From a virus (Duplodnaviria; Caudoviricetes): 41,478 nt of DNA. The notes below the pieces were generated by a model. It was not told the DNA's origin. It did no database searches and was given only the letters and a program-made list of their open reading frames with translations. The stretch spans positions 1 through 41,478 of IMG/VR virus record IMGVR_UViG_3300037484_000856; one strand, 5' to 3'. The stretch's first letter is position 1. Every line of letters begins with the position of its first letter. This document shows positions 1 through 9,261 of the stretch, in pieces. The position numbers and the translations under genes were made by a program.

Positions 1-2373
1 GTGCCGCAGCAGGCGCTCGACCGGCGCGCGTCGCTGCGGAAGTTCGTCGCGTCGCTCGAGCGCGACGGTCTGCCGGTCCAGATTCCCGAGGACGTGCTCG
101 ACGACGCGCGACGGATCAACTGGCAGGAGCTCACCGTCGAAGAGCTCGAGGGCGTCTACGAGACGATCCGCCAGATCGAGCACCTCGCGCGCCTGAAGAA
201 CCGGCTCGTCAAGGCGAACGAGCACCGCGAGCTCTCGGCGATTCGGAGCGAGATCGCGACGTCAATCCGCGAGAAGGTGACGGCGCGGCCGAAGACGCTC
301 GAGCCGCGTTTGGCCACGGAGCGCGCGGCCAAGCTGTTCGAAGGGATCTTCGGCTCGCATCGCAAGATCGCGTCCCTCGTGCGCGAGCTCGACGGGTTCG
401 AGGATGGCGGGCCGCTCTGGGAACACGTGCTCCGTCGCATCAATGACGCCGGGAACGACGAGGCGGCGCGCACGGCGACCGCGACGGCCGCGCTCGTGCG
501 GCTGTTCAACGACGCCTACACACCGGCCGAGCGCGCCCGGTTCGGGCGCAAGCAGTGGATCGAGGCGCTCGGTGCCGCGACGGATCCCCGCGCGAGCCTC
601 TCGACGCAGGGGCGCCTGCTGGTCGCCCTGAACTGGGGCAACGACACGAACCGGCAGCGGCTCATGGCGGGGCACCGGTGGACCCAGGCGCAGGTCGAGG
701 CGGTGCTCGACACGCTCGACCGACGCGACTGGCAGTTCGTGCAGAGCGTCTGGGACCACTACGAGACGTATTGGCCGGACATCGTCGCGAAGCAGCAGCG
801 CGTCGTCGGGCTCCCGCCGGTGAAGGTCGACGCGACGCCGGTGTTCACGCGGTTTGGGGAGTTCCGCGGCGGGTATCACCCGATCAAGTTCGAGGGGCAA
901 CTCTCCGGCAAGGTGCTCAACCTCGAGGAGGCCAGCGCCGCCGACATGCAGAAGGCGGCCGCCTACGTCCATTCGACGACCGCGCGCGGGCACCTCGAAA
1001 CGCGCGCCGAGGGCAACGTCACGCTCCCGGTGCGCCTCGACTTCGGCGTGATCTGGGAACACGTCGGCCAGGTCATCCATGACGTGACGCACCACGAAAT
1101 GCTGATCGACGTCGGCCGCATCCTGGGCGGCGACGAGGTGCAGTCGGCGATCTACGACACGCTCGGCCCGGTCGCGTTCAATCAGTTCCGGACCGCGCTC
1201 AAAGACATCGCGCTCGGCGACGTGCCCGCGCGTCACGAGACCGAGGGCGCGCTCGCGCACCTCCGCACCGGCGCGACCGTGGTCGGCCTTGGGTGGAGCC
1301 TCACGACCGTCGCGCTGCAGCCGCTCGGGTTGACGCAATCGATCAACCGAATTGGGGTCGCGCACGTCGCGAAAGGCCTCTCGCGGTGGCTCCGCGGCGC
1401 GGACGCGATGACCACGACCGTCGCGGGGATCCATGAGAAGTCAATCTTCATGGCGAACCGGCACCGCACGATGATGCGGGAGATCCACGAGATCACGAAC
1501 CGGCTCGGCGTGGACACGGGGCAGTTCTCCGGCTGGCTCGACGCGGCGCTGCGCACGGTCACCGCCGACACGGTCACGAAGCAGGGCATCGCCGATTCGT
1601 ATTTCTGGATGATCGGCCGCGCGCAGATGGTTGCCGACATGCCGACGTGGATCGGGATGTACGAGAAGGCGATCGCGGATCCGGCGACCCGGCAGGAGGA
1701 CGGCACCATCGACGACGCGCGCGCGGTGGCGCTCGCCGACCAGGCGGTGCTCGACAGCCAGGGCGGCGGCCAGGTCAAAGACCTCGCGGCGGTACAGCGC
1801 GGCGGGCCCGCGTGGAAGCTCTGGACGAACTTCTATTCGTTCTTCAATGTGACGTACAACCTGTGGGTCGAGTCGAAGCGGCAGGCGCAAGCGGGCGGGC
1901 GCTTCCCGCGGCAGCCGGCCGCGATCGGGCGCCTCGCGGTCGACTACCTGATGCTCTTCACGGTCCCCGCGGTGCTCAGCTCCGTGCTCCGTGACGCGCT
2001 CCGCGGGGACCTCGACGACGACCTCGAGGATCCCGACGCCTGGGCACAGAAGCTCGTCGCCGAGCAGCTCGCGTACATGGCGGGCACGATGGTCGGTGTC
2101 CGCGAGATCGGCGGGGCCCTGCAGGGGTACACGAATTACGAGGGCCCGGCCGGCGCGCGCGGGATTGCGGTACTGCCGCGCGTCGTCACACAGGCTCTCC
2201 AGTTCGAACTCGACGAGAGCCTGCTCAAGTCACTCAACGAGGCGGCCGGCGTGCTCTTCCACTATCCGGCCGCGCAGGTCGAGCGCACCTCGAAGGGCAT
2301 CGCCGCGCTCATCGACGGGCGCACCGAGAACCCGCTCGCGGTGCTCGTCGGGCCGCCGCGGGAGCGTCGCTGA
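1..2373 (+). CDS. C-terminal part of a giant internal virion (ejectosome-like) protein; probably 5'-truncated by the window edge
   Basis: 790-codon open frame from base 1 with helical composition and strong GC3 bias; lies upstream of fibre genes as in BPP-1-like podoviruses; stop overlaps next start (TGATG). Confidence 0.7.
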   Translation: MPQQALDRRASLRKFVASLERDGLPVQIPEDVLDDARRINWQELTVEELEGVYETIRQIEHLARLKNRLVKANEHRELSAIRSEIATSIREKVTARPKTLEPRLATERAAKLFEGIFGSHRKIASLVRELDGFEDGGPLWEHVLRRINDAGNDEAARTATATAALVRLFNDAYTPAERARFGRKQWIEALGAATDPRASLSTQGRLLVALNWGNDTNRQRLMAGHRWTQAQVEAVLDTLDRRDWQFVQSVWDHYETYWPDIVAKQQRVVGLPPVKVDATPVFTRFGEFRGGYHPIKFEGQLSGKVLNLEEASAADMQKAAAYVHSTTARGHLETRAEGNVTLPVRLDFGVIWEHVGQVIHDVTHHEMLIDVGRILGGDEVQSAIYDTLGPVAFNQFRTALKDIALGDVPARHETEGALAHLRTGATVVGLGWSLTTVALQPLGLTQSINRIGVAHVAKGLSRWLRGADAMTTTVAGIHEKSIFMANRHRTMMREIHEITNRLGVDTGQFSGWLDAALRTVTADTVTKQGIADSYFWMIGRAQMVADMPTWIGMYEKAIADPATRQEDGTIDDARAVALADQAVLDSQGGGQVKDLAAVQRGGPAWKLWTNFYSFFNVTYNLWVESKRQAQAGGRFPRQPAAIGRLAVDYLMLFTVPAVLSSVLRDALRGDLDDDLEDPDAWAQKLVAEQLAYMAGTMVGVREIGGALQGYTNYEGPAGARGIAVLPRVVTQALQFELDESLLKSLNEAAGVLFHYPAAQVERTSKGIAALIDGRTENPLAVLVGPPRERR

Positions 2374-4484
2374 TGGCGGACACGCCAGATCTCCGACGTC
2401 GCGGGCCGCGCCGGCGCGGCTTCCTCGTCACCGACGCCGGCGGCAATCCGACCGTCTCGCCGTTCGGGGACAGCGCCGACGTGGTACACGGCGACGGCAC
2501 CATCGGGCCGGTGCCCGTCGCGCCGCCACCGGGCGGGCCGCAAGCGGCCTTCCTCCTCTCGGGCGGCCAAGTCATTTGGGAGAGCGGCTACACGTTCCGG
2601 GTGAGCGCCGCGGTCTACTACATCAACGGGTCGCAGTACACGAGCGCGGAGCAGACCGTCACGCTCAACGCCCCAGACGCCTCGCTCGACCGGATCGACG
2701 TGATCGTGCTCGACACGTCGGGCGATGCCGATTTCGTGGAAGGCACGCCGAACGCGACCCCGTCAGAGCCGAGCATCGACCCGGCGACGCAGCTCAAGAT
2801 CGCGCTCGTGCTCGTGAGCACCGGCACGACCGAGCCGGTGGGTCTCGGGAACGAGATCGTGTACGCGGACAACGCGGGGAGTCCCGCCGAATGGAACTGG
2901 ACATCGACGCACGCGACGATCGTCGTCGACTCCACCACCAATCCGCACCTCGGGACGAAGGACATCGAGGGCACGAACGTCGTGGTGGGCGCCGCGGCCG
3001 TCGCGACGATCGGCGCGGGCACGATCGACCCGAACACGTACGACTTCCTCGCGTTCTTCCTGCGGCCCAAGGCCACATGGGCCAACGGGCGAGGGATTTT
3101 GGTGAGCCTGCGATCGGGCGGGGTGCTCGTCGGGGCCGCGCTCCAAATCCGACGCACCGGGTCCTTCGGGTTCGTGAGCTCAACGCTCTCGTACCAACAG
3201 ATCGCGATCCCGATCACGTCGTTCGCCGTGCCGGCCGGGACCGTGATCGACGGCGTCCGGCTCGAGGGCTTCGGCGGCGTCATCGGCTGGTACGCCGACA
3301 CGATGGCGTTCCAGCGCGACGCGACGACCCCGACGACGGGTGGGATCACGCAAGCCGAGGCCGACGCGCGCTACGCGCCGCTGGGGCCTGGGTTCATCAC
3401 CGTCGCGGCCGAGGCCGGGCTGCCGAGCGAGCGGCGCCTGACCGCCGGCGCCGGCGTGTCGCTCGTGGACGGCGGCGCCGGCAGCACGATGACGGTGGCG
3501 GTGACGCCTGGCGTCGGCGTTGGCGACGTCGTAGGGCCGGCGGCGGCGACCGACAACGCGATCGCGCGGTACGACGGGACCACGGGGAAGCTCATCCAGG
3601 ACAGCGCCCCGATCGTGCAGGACGACGGTCGGATCTCCACCGTCACGGATCCGAGTAGCGCGCAGGATGCGGCGACGAAGAACTACGTCGACAGCCTGGC
3701 GGTGAATCTCGGGAAGCGCGCGACGGTGCGCGCGGCGACCACGGCGAACATCACGATCGCGACGGCGCTCAACAATGGCGACACGCTCGACGGCGTGACG
3801 CTGGTCACCGGCGACTGGGTGCTGGTGAAGGACCAAGCGGCGCCGGAGGAGAACGGCGTCTACGAAGTCGGCGTGTCGCCGGCGCGGGCGTCACAGTTCG
3901 ACGCCTACGACGAGCACCCGGGCTCGCTCATCGCTGCGCAAGAGGGGACGGCGAACGCCGATACCTTGTGGCTCTGCACGTCGAACGCCGGTGGCACGAT
4001 CGACGTGACGGCGCTCGCGTTCACGCAGCTCTCGGTGAGCGCCGGGATCACGGAACTGACCGGGCACGGGACGGCAGGGCCAGGGAGTGGCTCGCAGGCG
4101 CTCACGTTGTCGGTGGCGATGCGCACCAGGCAGATCACGATCGTGATCGGCGGGAGCGGGAGCGCGATCACGACGGGCGCGAAGAAGCTCTACCTGCACT
4201 GCAACATCACCGGGACGATCACCGGCGTGCGGCTCCTGGCGGACGTCAGTGGGTCGATCGCGATCGATATCTGGAAGGACACGTACGCGAACTTTCCCCC
4301 GACGATCCTCGACACGATCGTGGCGGCCGCGAAGCCGACGCTCTCGGGTGCGCAGAAGAGTGAGGACGCGACGCTCACGGGCTGGACGGTGGCGGTGACG
4401 GCCGGCGACGTCTTCGAGGTGAGCGTCGATTCAGCGACGACAGTGACCAAGGTCACCATGACCCTCACGGTGGTGCTGACGTAA
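2373..4484 (+). CDS. Tail fibre / virion structural protein
   Basis: 703 aa, Thr/Gly/Ala-rich; fibre-type segments DAATKNYVD, VRAATTANI...GDWVLVKDQ..ENGVY, GDVVGPAAATDNAIARYDGTTGK; coupled to both neighbours. Confidence 0.7.
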   Translation: MADTPDLRRRGPRRRGFLVTDAGGNPTVSPFGDSADVVHGDGTIGPVPVAPPPGGPQAAFLLSGGQVIWESGYTFRVSAAVYYINGSQYTSAEQTVTLNAPDASLDRIDVIVLDTSGDADFVEGTPNATPSEPSIDPATQLKIALVLVSTGTTEPVGLGNEIVYADNAGSPAEWNWTSTHATIVVDSTTNPHLGTKDIEGTNVVVGAAAVATIGAGTIDPNTYDFLAFFLRPKATWANGRGILVSLRSGGVLVGAALQIRRTGSFGFVSSTLSYQQIAIPITSFAVPAGTVIDGVRLEGFGGVIGWYADTMAFQRDATTPTTGGITQAEADARYAPLGPGFITVAAEAGLPSERRLTAGAGVSLVDGGAGSTMTVAVTPGVGVGDVVGPAAATDNAIARYDGTTGKLIQDSAPIVQDDGRISTVTDPSSAQDAATKNYVDSLAVNLGKRATVRAATTANITIATALNNGDTLDGVTLVTGDWVLVKDQAAPEENGVYEVGVSPARASQFDAYDEHPGSLIAAQEGTANADTLWLCTSNAGGTIDVTALAFTQLSVSAGITELTGHGTAGPGSGSQALTLSVAMRTRQITIVIGGSGSAITTGAKKLYLHCNITGTITGVRLLADVSGSIAIDIWKDTYANFPPTILDTIVAAAKPTLSGAQKSEDATLTGWTVAVTAGDVFEVSVDSATTVTKVTMTLTVVLT

Positions 4485-7138
4485 TGGCGCACTGTGTCGC
4501 GGTCGCGGACGGCAACCTGACCACAGCGGCGACGTGGGGCGTGGTCGAAACGGTCTCCCTGAACGTGTCAAACAATACGGGCGTGACGGCGCTGACCACC
4601 GGCAACCTCGACTCCGCCGCGTTCATCCCTGGCGCGAATGCGCTCATCGGCGTCTGTGTTCGGCTGGCGGTCCGGGCGTCTGGCGCGCCGACGAACACGA
4701 TGACGATTCGGCTCCGCAACTCGACGACGGCCACCGACATCGAGTCCGTGACGGTGAACGTCAGCGATCTCCCCGCCAGCTCGTCGGGGACGGTGTCCGC
4801 GGGCGGCTGGCACTTCATGCGCTTCAATGCGTCCCACACCCCGAACGGCACCGACAGCTACGTGATTCGCGCGACGCTCTCAGCCACGACCACGGCGGTG
4901 AGCCTGGCGACCAACGGCACCGCGAACAACTGGCAGCGGATCCTGGTGCGGGACACGACGGCTGCGCCGGCGGCTGGCGACGACATGCACGTCCCGCAGC
5001 AGTTCAACGGGTCGTCCAACCCGGCGACGTTGACGGCGCGCACGGTGACGATGGATTCCACGGCGGCGACCGATTACGGGTCCGCGGACACCAACAACTA
5101 CGTGGCGGCCCTCGACATCTCGAAGGGATCCACGCTGACGTGGGCCACGACCGCTGCGACGAACTTCCTGCTGCGACTCTCGGGGCATTTGAAAATCTAC
5201 TCCGGGGGCACGATGAACATGGGCACGGTGGCAACGCCGTGTCCGCGAGGGTCGACCCACATCCTAGAGTTCGACTGCGCGGCGGATTGGGCCTTCTATC
5301 TCTCGGTGATGAATGGGGGCACGTTCAACGGGCAGGGGCTGAGCCGCACGTCTGGGAAGGATGTGACGAAGGCGCTGACGGCCGCTGCCATCGCCGCGAC
5401 GGACACCACGGTCAACATTGACGCGGATACGGGGTGGCTGTCCGGCGATGAAGTCTACATCGCCACGTCCAACCGCACGGTCGGATCGAGCGAATCGAAG
5501 GTGCTCAACGGGAACGCCGGCGCGTCGAGCTTTGCCGTGACGGTCGCGATGGCCAACGCGCATCCGTTCAGTAGCGCAGAGGGCATCGCCGCTGAAGTCG
5601 TGTTGTTCACCCGGAGCGTGCTGATCCGGTCGGTATCGTCGTCGTTTATGACGGCGCTCGTCGTTCGTCCGACCGGCAATGTGGACTGCGATTGGGTGGC
5701 GTTCCAGTACTGCGGCGCTACCGGGGGCCAGGGCGACAGCGGCATCGTGATCCAGACGACAACGGGGACGGTGGCGTTCCATTTCTGTTCTCTCAAGGAC
5801 GCCGATGAAGCCGCCCTCACCCTGACAGGCATCGTGACCACGGGGGGATCCGTCACGATCGCCGATTTCGTCGCGATGCGCTGCGGGGTGTCCAGCGCGG
5901 CGAGCGTGTTTCGCCTCGCCGTGAACCCGGACGCTGAAGGGCTCGTCGCCGTCTCGGATGTGTGGATCGTGCATGTGCTCTCGGTGTCGGCGGGATTCTA
6001 TTTGTCCGCGTGCCCCAATATCGCGTTCTCCGGGGAGTTCCGCGTTGCGGGCGTCGCCAACAATGGGATCAACATCGACGGCAACTGGAACAATCAGACC
6101 TTGGGCGGGAACTGGACGTCCCATACGAACGCGGCCGATGGCGTCGCGAACCCAGGGACCTGGAGTAACTGTTATATCGCAGGCGACTGGAAATCCTGGC
6201 GGAATGCCGGAGGGTACGGGTTCCGGGCCAACGTCGCGTGGATCAATCTTCGTTTCCTCGGAGCCGTCCTCTGCCACGGGAACACGGACGCAGGACTCAA
6301 GATAGATGTCTCTTTCGACATCACGCGGATCTCGTTCGCAAACCTCCAGTGTTACGGGGACACGGGGTTTGCGCAGCAGTACGGGATCGACAGCACGGGC
6401 GGCCACATTTTCGATCTGTTTATTGCCTACGGCCTCTTTGGCGTCGCGTCTGGGCTGTGGACGACACACGGGACAGCCGACGTGCATCACTTGGGGATCT
6501 TGCAGGGGATTTTCCGGGCGCAGTTCGGATCCGCGACAGAGTTTTCACCAACCGCTGTCGCGGAATGGCTCACCCGTCGTCAGGTGCAACGGATCGGATC
6601 GACCGGGCATTATACGAACACCCTGTTCGGGGTGGTCGCGTATGAAACCACCACCGTCCAGGATGCCCCAGGGATCAAAGTGACCCCCCTGCACGCGACG
6701 CAAAAGATCGACACCGCCGCGCTCGTCAGGGGGAGAGGGTTCCTCGTGGGAGTACTCTCTGGTGCTGCCATTCAAGTGTCTGTCTACGTGCGCAAGAATG
6801 CCGCGTACAACGGAAACGCCCCTCGATTGATTCAAAAATCCAATAGCCCCGTTGGGGTGCTCGCTGATGTCGTCCTTGACACGCTCTCGGTCGGGGCCGA
6901 CACCTGGGAGATCCTCACGGGCACGACGGCTGCGGCGACCGCTGACGGCGTGGTCGAGTTCGTCGTCGATTGCGATGGCACGGCTGGCGCGGTGTTCGTC
7001 AACCAATGGACGTCGGACAGCGCGACGCCCTCCGGGGACGAGACGGCGTGGTACGACGGACTGCCGGTACGTGCGCGTGGCATCAGCGTGGTCGGGGGCG
7101 GCGGTGCCGTCGAGGTGGCGTACGGGTTTATCGGGTAG
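4484..7138 (+). CDS. Tail spike / receptor-binding protein with probable beta-helix region
   Basis: 884 aa, beta-rich with Asn-Gly ladders (NNGINIDGNWNNQ, NAADGV, NTDAGL); last structural gene before lysis; central part visibly lower in GC. Confidence 0.6.
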   Translation: MAHCVAVADGNLTTAATWGVVETVSLNVSNNTGVTALTTGNLDSAAFIPGANALIGVCVRLAVRASGAPTNTMTIRLRNSTTATDIESVTVNVSDLPASSSGTVSAGGWHFMRFNASHTPNGTDSYVIRATLSATTTAVSLATNGTANNWQRILVRDTTAAPAAGDDMHVPQQFNGSSNPATLTARTVTMDSTAATDYGSADTNNYVAALDISKGSTLTWATTAATNFLLRLSGHLKIYSGGTMNMGTVATPCPRGSTHILEFDCAADWAFYLSVMNGGTFNGQGLSRTSGKDVTKALTAAAIAATDTTVNIDADTGWLSGDEVYIATSNRTVGSSESKVLNGNAGASSFAVTVAMANAHPFSSAEGIAAEVVLFTRSVLIRSVSSSFMTALVVRPTGNVDCDWVAFQYCGATGGQGDSGIVIQTTTGTVAFHFCSLKDADEAALTLTGIVTTGGSVTIADFVAMRCGVSSAASVFRLAVNPDAEGLVAVSDVWIVHVLSVSAGFYLSACPNIAFSGEFRVAGVANNGINIDGNWNNQTLGGNWTSHTNAADGVANPGTWSNCYIAGDWKSWRNAGGYGFRANVAWINLRFLGAVLCHGNTDAGLKIDVSFDITRISFANLQCYGDTGFAQQYGIDSTGGHIFDLFIAYGLFGVASGLWTTHGTADVHHLGILQGIFRAQFGSATEFSPTAVAEWLTRRQVQRIGSTGHYTNTLFGVVAYETTTVQDAPGIKVTPLHATQKIDTAALVRGRGFLVGVLSGAAIQVSVYVRKNAAYNGNAPRLIQKSNSPVGVLADVVLDTLSVGADTWEILTGTTAAATADGVVEFVVDCDGTAGAVFVNQWTSDSATPSGDETAWYDGLPVRARGISVVGGGGAVEVAYGFIG

Positions 7139-7157
7139 GGGCGAAGGAGAATGACCG

Positions 7158-7430
7158 ATGTGGCCTGATTGGATCGACAGCACCGTCCGTCTCAGCGATG
7201 TCATCTTGCTCGGGAGCGGCCTGTGGGCCTTCATCCGGACGTATTTCGCGCAGCAGCACTTCAACCGCGACGTGCTCCGGACCCTCGGCGCGAAGAATCC
7301 GCCTGATGGCGTCCTGGGGGATGTCTCGACACTCAAGGAGCACGCCCGCCGGCACAACGATCTGCTCATCAAGCTCCGCGCACGGCAGGGCTGGCGGGAA
7401 CGCGTGGAGGATAACGGCGACGACACATGA
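7158..7430 (+). CDS. Small membrane protein, possible holin/antiholin
   Basis: AAGGAG RBS; one N-terminal hydrophobic segment; directly upstream of the endolysin. Confidence 0.55.
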   Translation: MWPDWIDSTVRLSDVILLGSGLWAFIRTYFAQQHFNRDVLRTLGAKNPPDGVLGDVSTLKEHARRHNDLLIKLRARQGWRERVEDNGDDT

Positions 7431-7463
7431 TCGGCCCGAGCGCGCCGGACCACACGGTGACCG

Positions 7464-7967
7464 ATGATCGATGAAGTCCATCGCTTCATCGTGCCGACGG
7501 CGTTCGCGCTGTTGCCGCCGACGATGCGCTCGGATCGGGCGACGGCGATGCTGCTCGCGATCGGACTGCAGGAATCTCGGTTCCTCCACCGGCGGCAATT
7601 CCACAACGGCCCCGCGCGCGGGTTCTGGATGTTTGAACGCGGGGGCGGGATCACGGGCGTCTTGCAGCACGAGCGATCGCAGCGCGACGCCGATCGCATC
7701 GTGCGCCTGCTGCGGTACGACCTGGCGCCGAGTCGCCTCGCGTCGACCGTGCACGTGGCGATCGAGCACAACGACATCTTGGCGGCCTGCTTCGCACGGC
7801 TGCTCTTATGGACCGTGCCCGGCGTGCTCCCGGGTCCGAACGATGACCCGCAGATCGCATGGGAGCAATACCTCGAGGGGTGGCGCCCAGGGGCGCCGCA
7901 CCGGGAGACGTGGGACAACATCTACGCGGAGGCCTGGGCGCGCGTGGAGATTCTTCGAAGGGAGTGA
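7464..7967 (+). CDS. Putative endolysin (lysozyme-like fold)
   Basis: Motif LLAIGLQES...RRQ..GPARGFWMFERGGG...WRPG of a phage lysozyme-like family; flanked by membrane proteins. Confidence 0.7.
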   Translation: MIDEVHRFIVPTAFALLPPTMRSDRATAMLLAIGLQESRFLHRRQFHNGPARGFWMFERGGGITGVLQHERSQRDADRIVRLLRYDLAPSRLASTVHVAIEHNDILAACFARLLLWTVPGVLPGPNDDPQIAWEQYLEGWRPGAPHRETWDNIYAEAWARVEILRRE

Positions 7968-7970
7968 CCG

Positions 7971-8354
7971 ATGGGCATGATTCTCGCGGCGGTGGTGAAC
8001 GTGGTGCTGCCTGGGCTCGCGACGGCGCTCGGGAGCCTGGCGCTCGCGGTCCTGAACAAGTACCTGAAGAAGGTCACGCTCGCACTGACGGCCGAGCAGC
8101 AGGCCCAGATCGCGCGCCTGGTGGAGGACGCGGTGTTGTCGGTCGAAGAGTTGGCGCGTCGCGACCGCCAGATGACCAGCGCCGAGAAAGCGTCGGTGGC
8201 GAAGGGCATCGTCGTGCAGGGCTATCCCGATCTCGCCGACGACGTGGTGGAGCGGATGATCGACGCGACGCTGCAGCGCGTGCGAAAGACGCCGTCGCCG
8301 ACCGTGACGTTCACGAACAGCCTCCCCATGCCGATCGGGTACCAGATCGAGTAG
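7971..8354 (+). CDS. Holin, LL-H-like
   Basis: N-terminal TM helix then AVLSVEE....SAEK...A...IDA pattern; follows endolysin; GGGAG RBS. Confidence 0.6.
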   Translation: MGMILAAVVNVVLPGLATALGSLALAVLNKYLKKVTLALTAEQQAQIARLVEDAVLSVEELARRDRQMTSAEKASVAKGIVVQGYPDLADDVVERMIDATLQRVRKTPSPTVTFTNSLPMPIGYQIE

Positions 8355-8357
8355 CGG

Positions 8358-8441
8358 TTCGGCCAGCGATCGGGTGCCGTCGGCTGGGGCCCGCGGGTCC
8401 CGGTCCCCGCGGGAGAGCGGCGGTCCGGTCGCTGGTCCGAA
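8358..8441 (+). other. Long imperfect GC-rich hairpin at the end of the late operon
   Basis: TTCGGCCAGCGATCGG (8358-8373) pairs with CCGGTCGCTGGTCCGAA (8425-8441); inner CCCGCGGG/CCCGCGGG stem; no U-tract. Confidence 0.5.
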
Positions 8442-8490
8442 GAGGCGAAAGGTGCCAGGCGCGCGTCACCGTCGCGTTACCAGGTGCCAC

Positions 8491-8506
8491 TGTTCCACGT
8501 GAAACA
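8491..8506. promoter_or_regulatory. parS: parS centromere-like site (ParB-binding consensus)
   Basis: TGTTCCACGTGAAACA is a full match to the bacterial chromosomal consensus TGTTNCACGTGAAACA, in intergenic DNA. Confidence 0.8.
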
Positions 8507-8516
8507 GTCGGTTACG

Positions 8517-8566
8517 CCGGCCTTCTAAGCCGGGGGTCGCAGGTTCGAGTCCTGCCGGGCGCGCCA
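8517..8566 (+). mobile_element. attP: attP core: 3' part of tRNA-Arg(UCU)
   Basis: Anticodon arm CCGGC-CTTCTAA-GCCGG, T-arm GCAGG-TTCGAGT-CCTGC, acceptor 3' strand CGGGCGC-G-CCA; no D-arm or 5' acceptor strand upstream; integrase about 700 bp away; phage genes on both sides. Confidence 0.88.
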
Positions 8567-8765
8567 CCTCGGAAAGTCCGCGTTCCCTCTGAGAATGTTC
8601 TGGTTTTCGCCAGACTCGACGCGACGCCAGCGATCGGGAGCGCACGCAAAACGACGCCTCTGCACGGGGTGGTAATCGCGAAGGAGTTACCTGTAGAATA
8701 GCGGCGCACGGATGCGGAAACACCCGTGCGCCTACCACGCTCGCGCTGTTGGAGGCAGCGATCGC

Positions 8766-9257
8766 ATGGCTGACGGCAAGTCTAACGGACATCGAATAGC
8801 GCCAGGGGTCAGGCTTGAGAATGGACGGCCCAGGGGGTACGTTCGTGATCGATCTGGTGTCCTTCACGCGAAACGCTTTCCAGCCGGGACAGACCTGTCG
8901 GTCATATCGCGCTGGCGGTCTTCTAATAGAACCGCACCGCCGTCCAAGGGTGAATGGTGCTACCTCTACATCGTCGAAGGCGGCCGCGGTTTCAAGATCG
9001 GCCGCACGACGAATCCAACTAAAAGGCTGAAAGGGCTTCAAGTGGGCAGCGATCACCCACTGAAGCTCGTCGCCACGGCTCCGATTCATGCGACCCTGGA
9101 AACGTTGATCCATGAGCGGTTCGCGCACCTCAGGATCGGCGGCGAGTGGTTCGAGCCGAATGCCGAGCTCCGAGCGTTCATCGCCGACATTCAGGCAGGA
9201 GCGAACCCGCTTCGATGGGTTTGGGACGACCTGAAGCCGGTAGTCGCTCGACGGTAG
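8766..9257 (+). CDS. GIY-YIG (T5orf172/MUG113-like) nuclease with integrase-like N-terminal domain
   Basis: YLYIV..G..FKIGRTTNP.KRL..LQ.G...LE..IH.RF...RI.GEWF motif; GGAGG RBS before ATG 8766. Confidence 0.8.
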   Translation: MADGKSNGHRIAPGVRLENGRPRGYVRDRSGVLHAKRFPAGTDLSVISRWRSSNRTAPPSKGEWCYLYIVEGGRGFKIGRTTNPTKRLKGLQVGSDHPLKLVATAPIHATLETLIHERFAHLRIGGEWFEPNAELRAFIADIQAGANPLRWVWDDLKPVVARR

Positions 9258-9261
9258 CTTC

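Noticed and set aside
8480-8566. Complete functional tRNA-Arg gene
   Set aside because: No 5' acceptor strand (GCGCCCG) or D-arm upstream; parS occupies that position.
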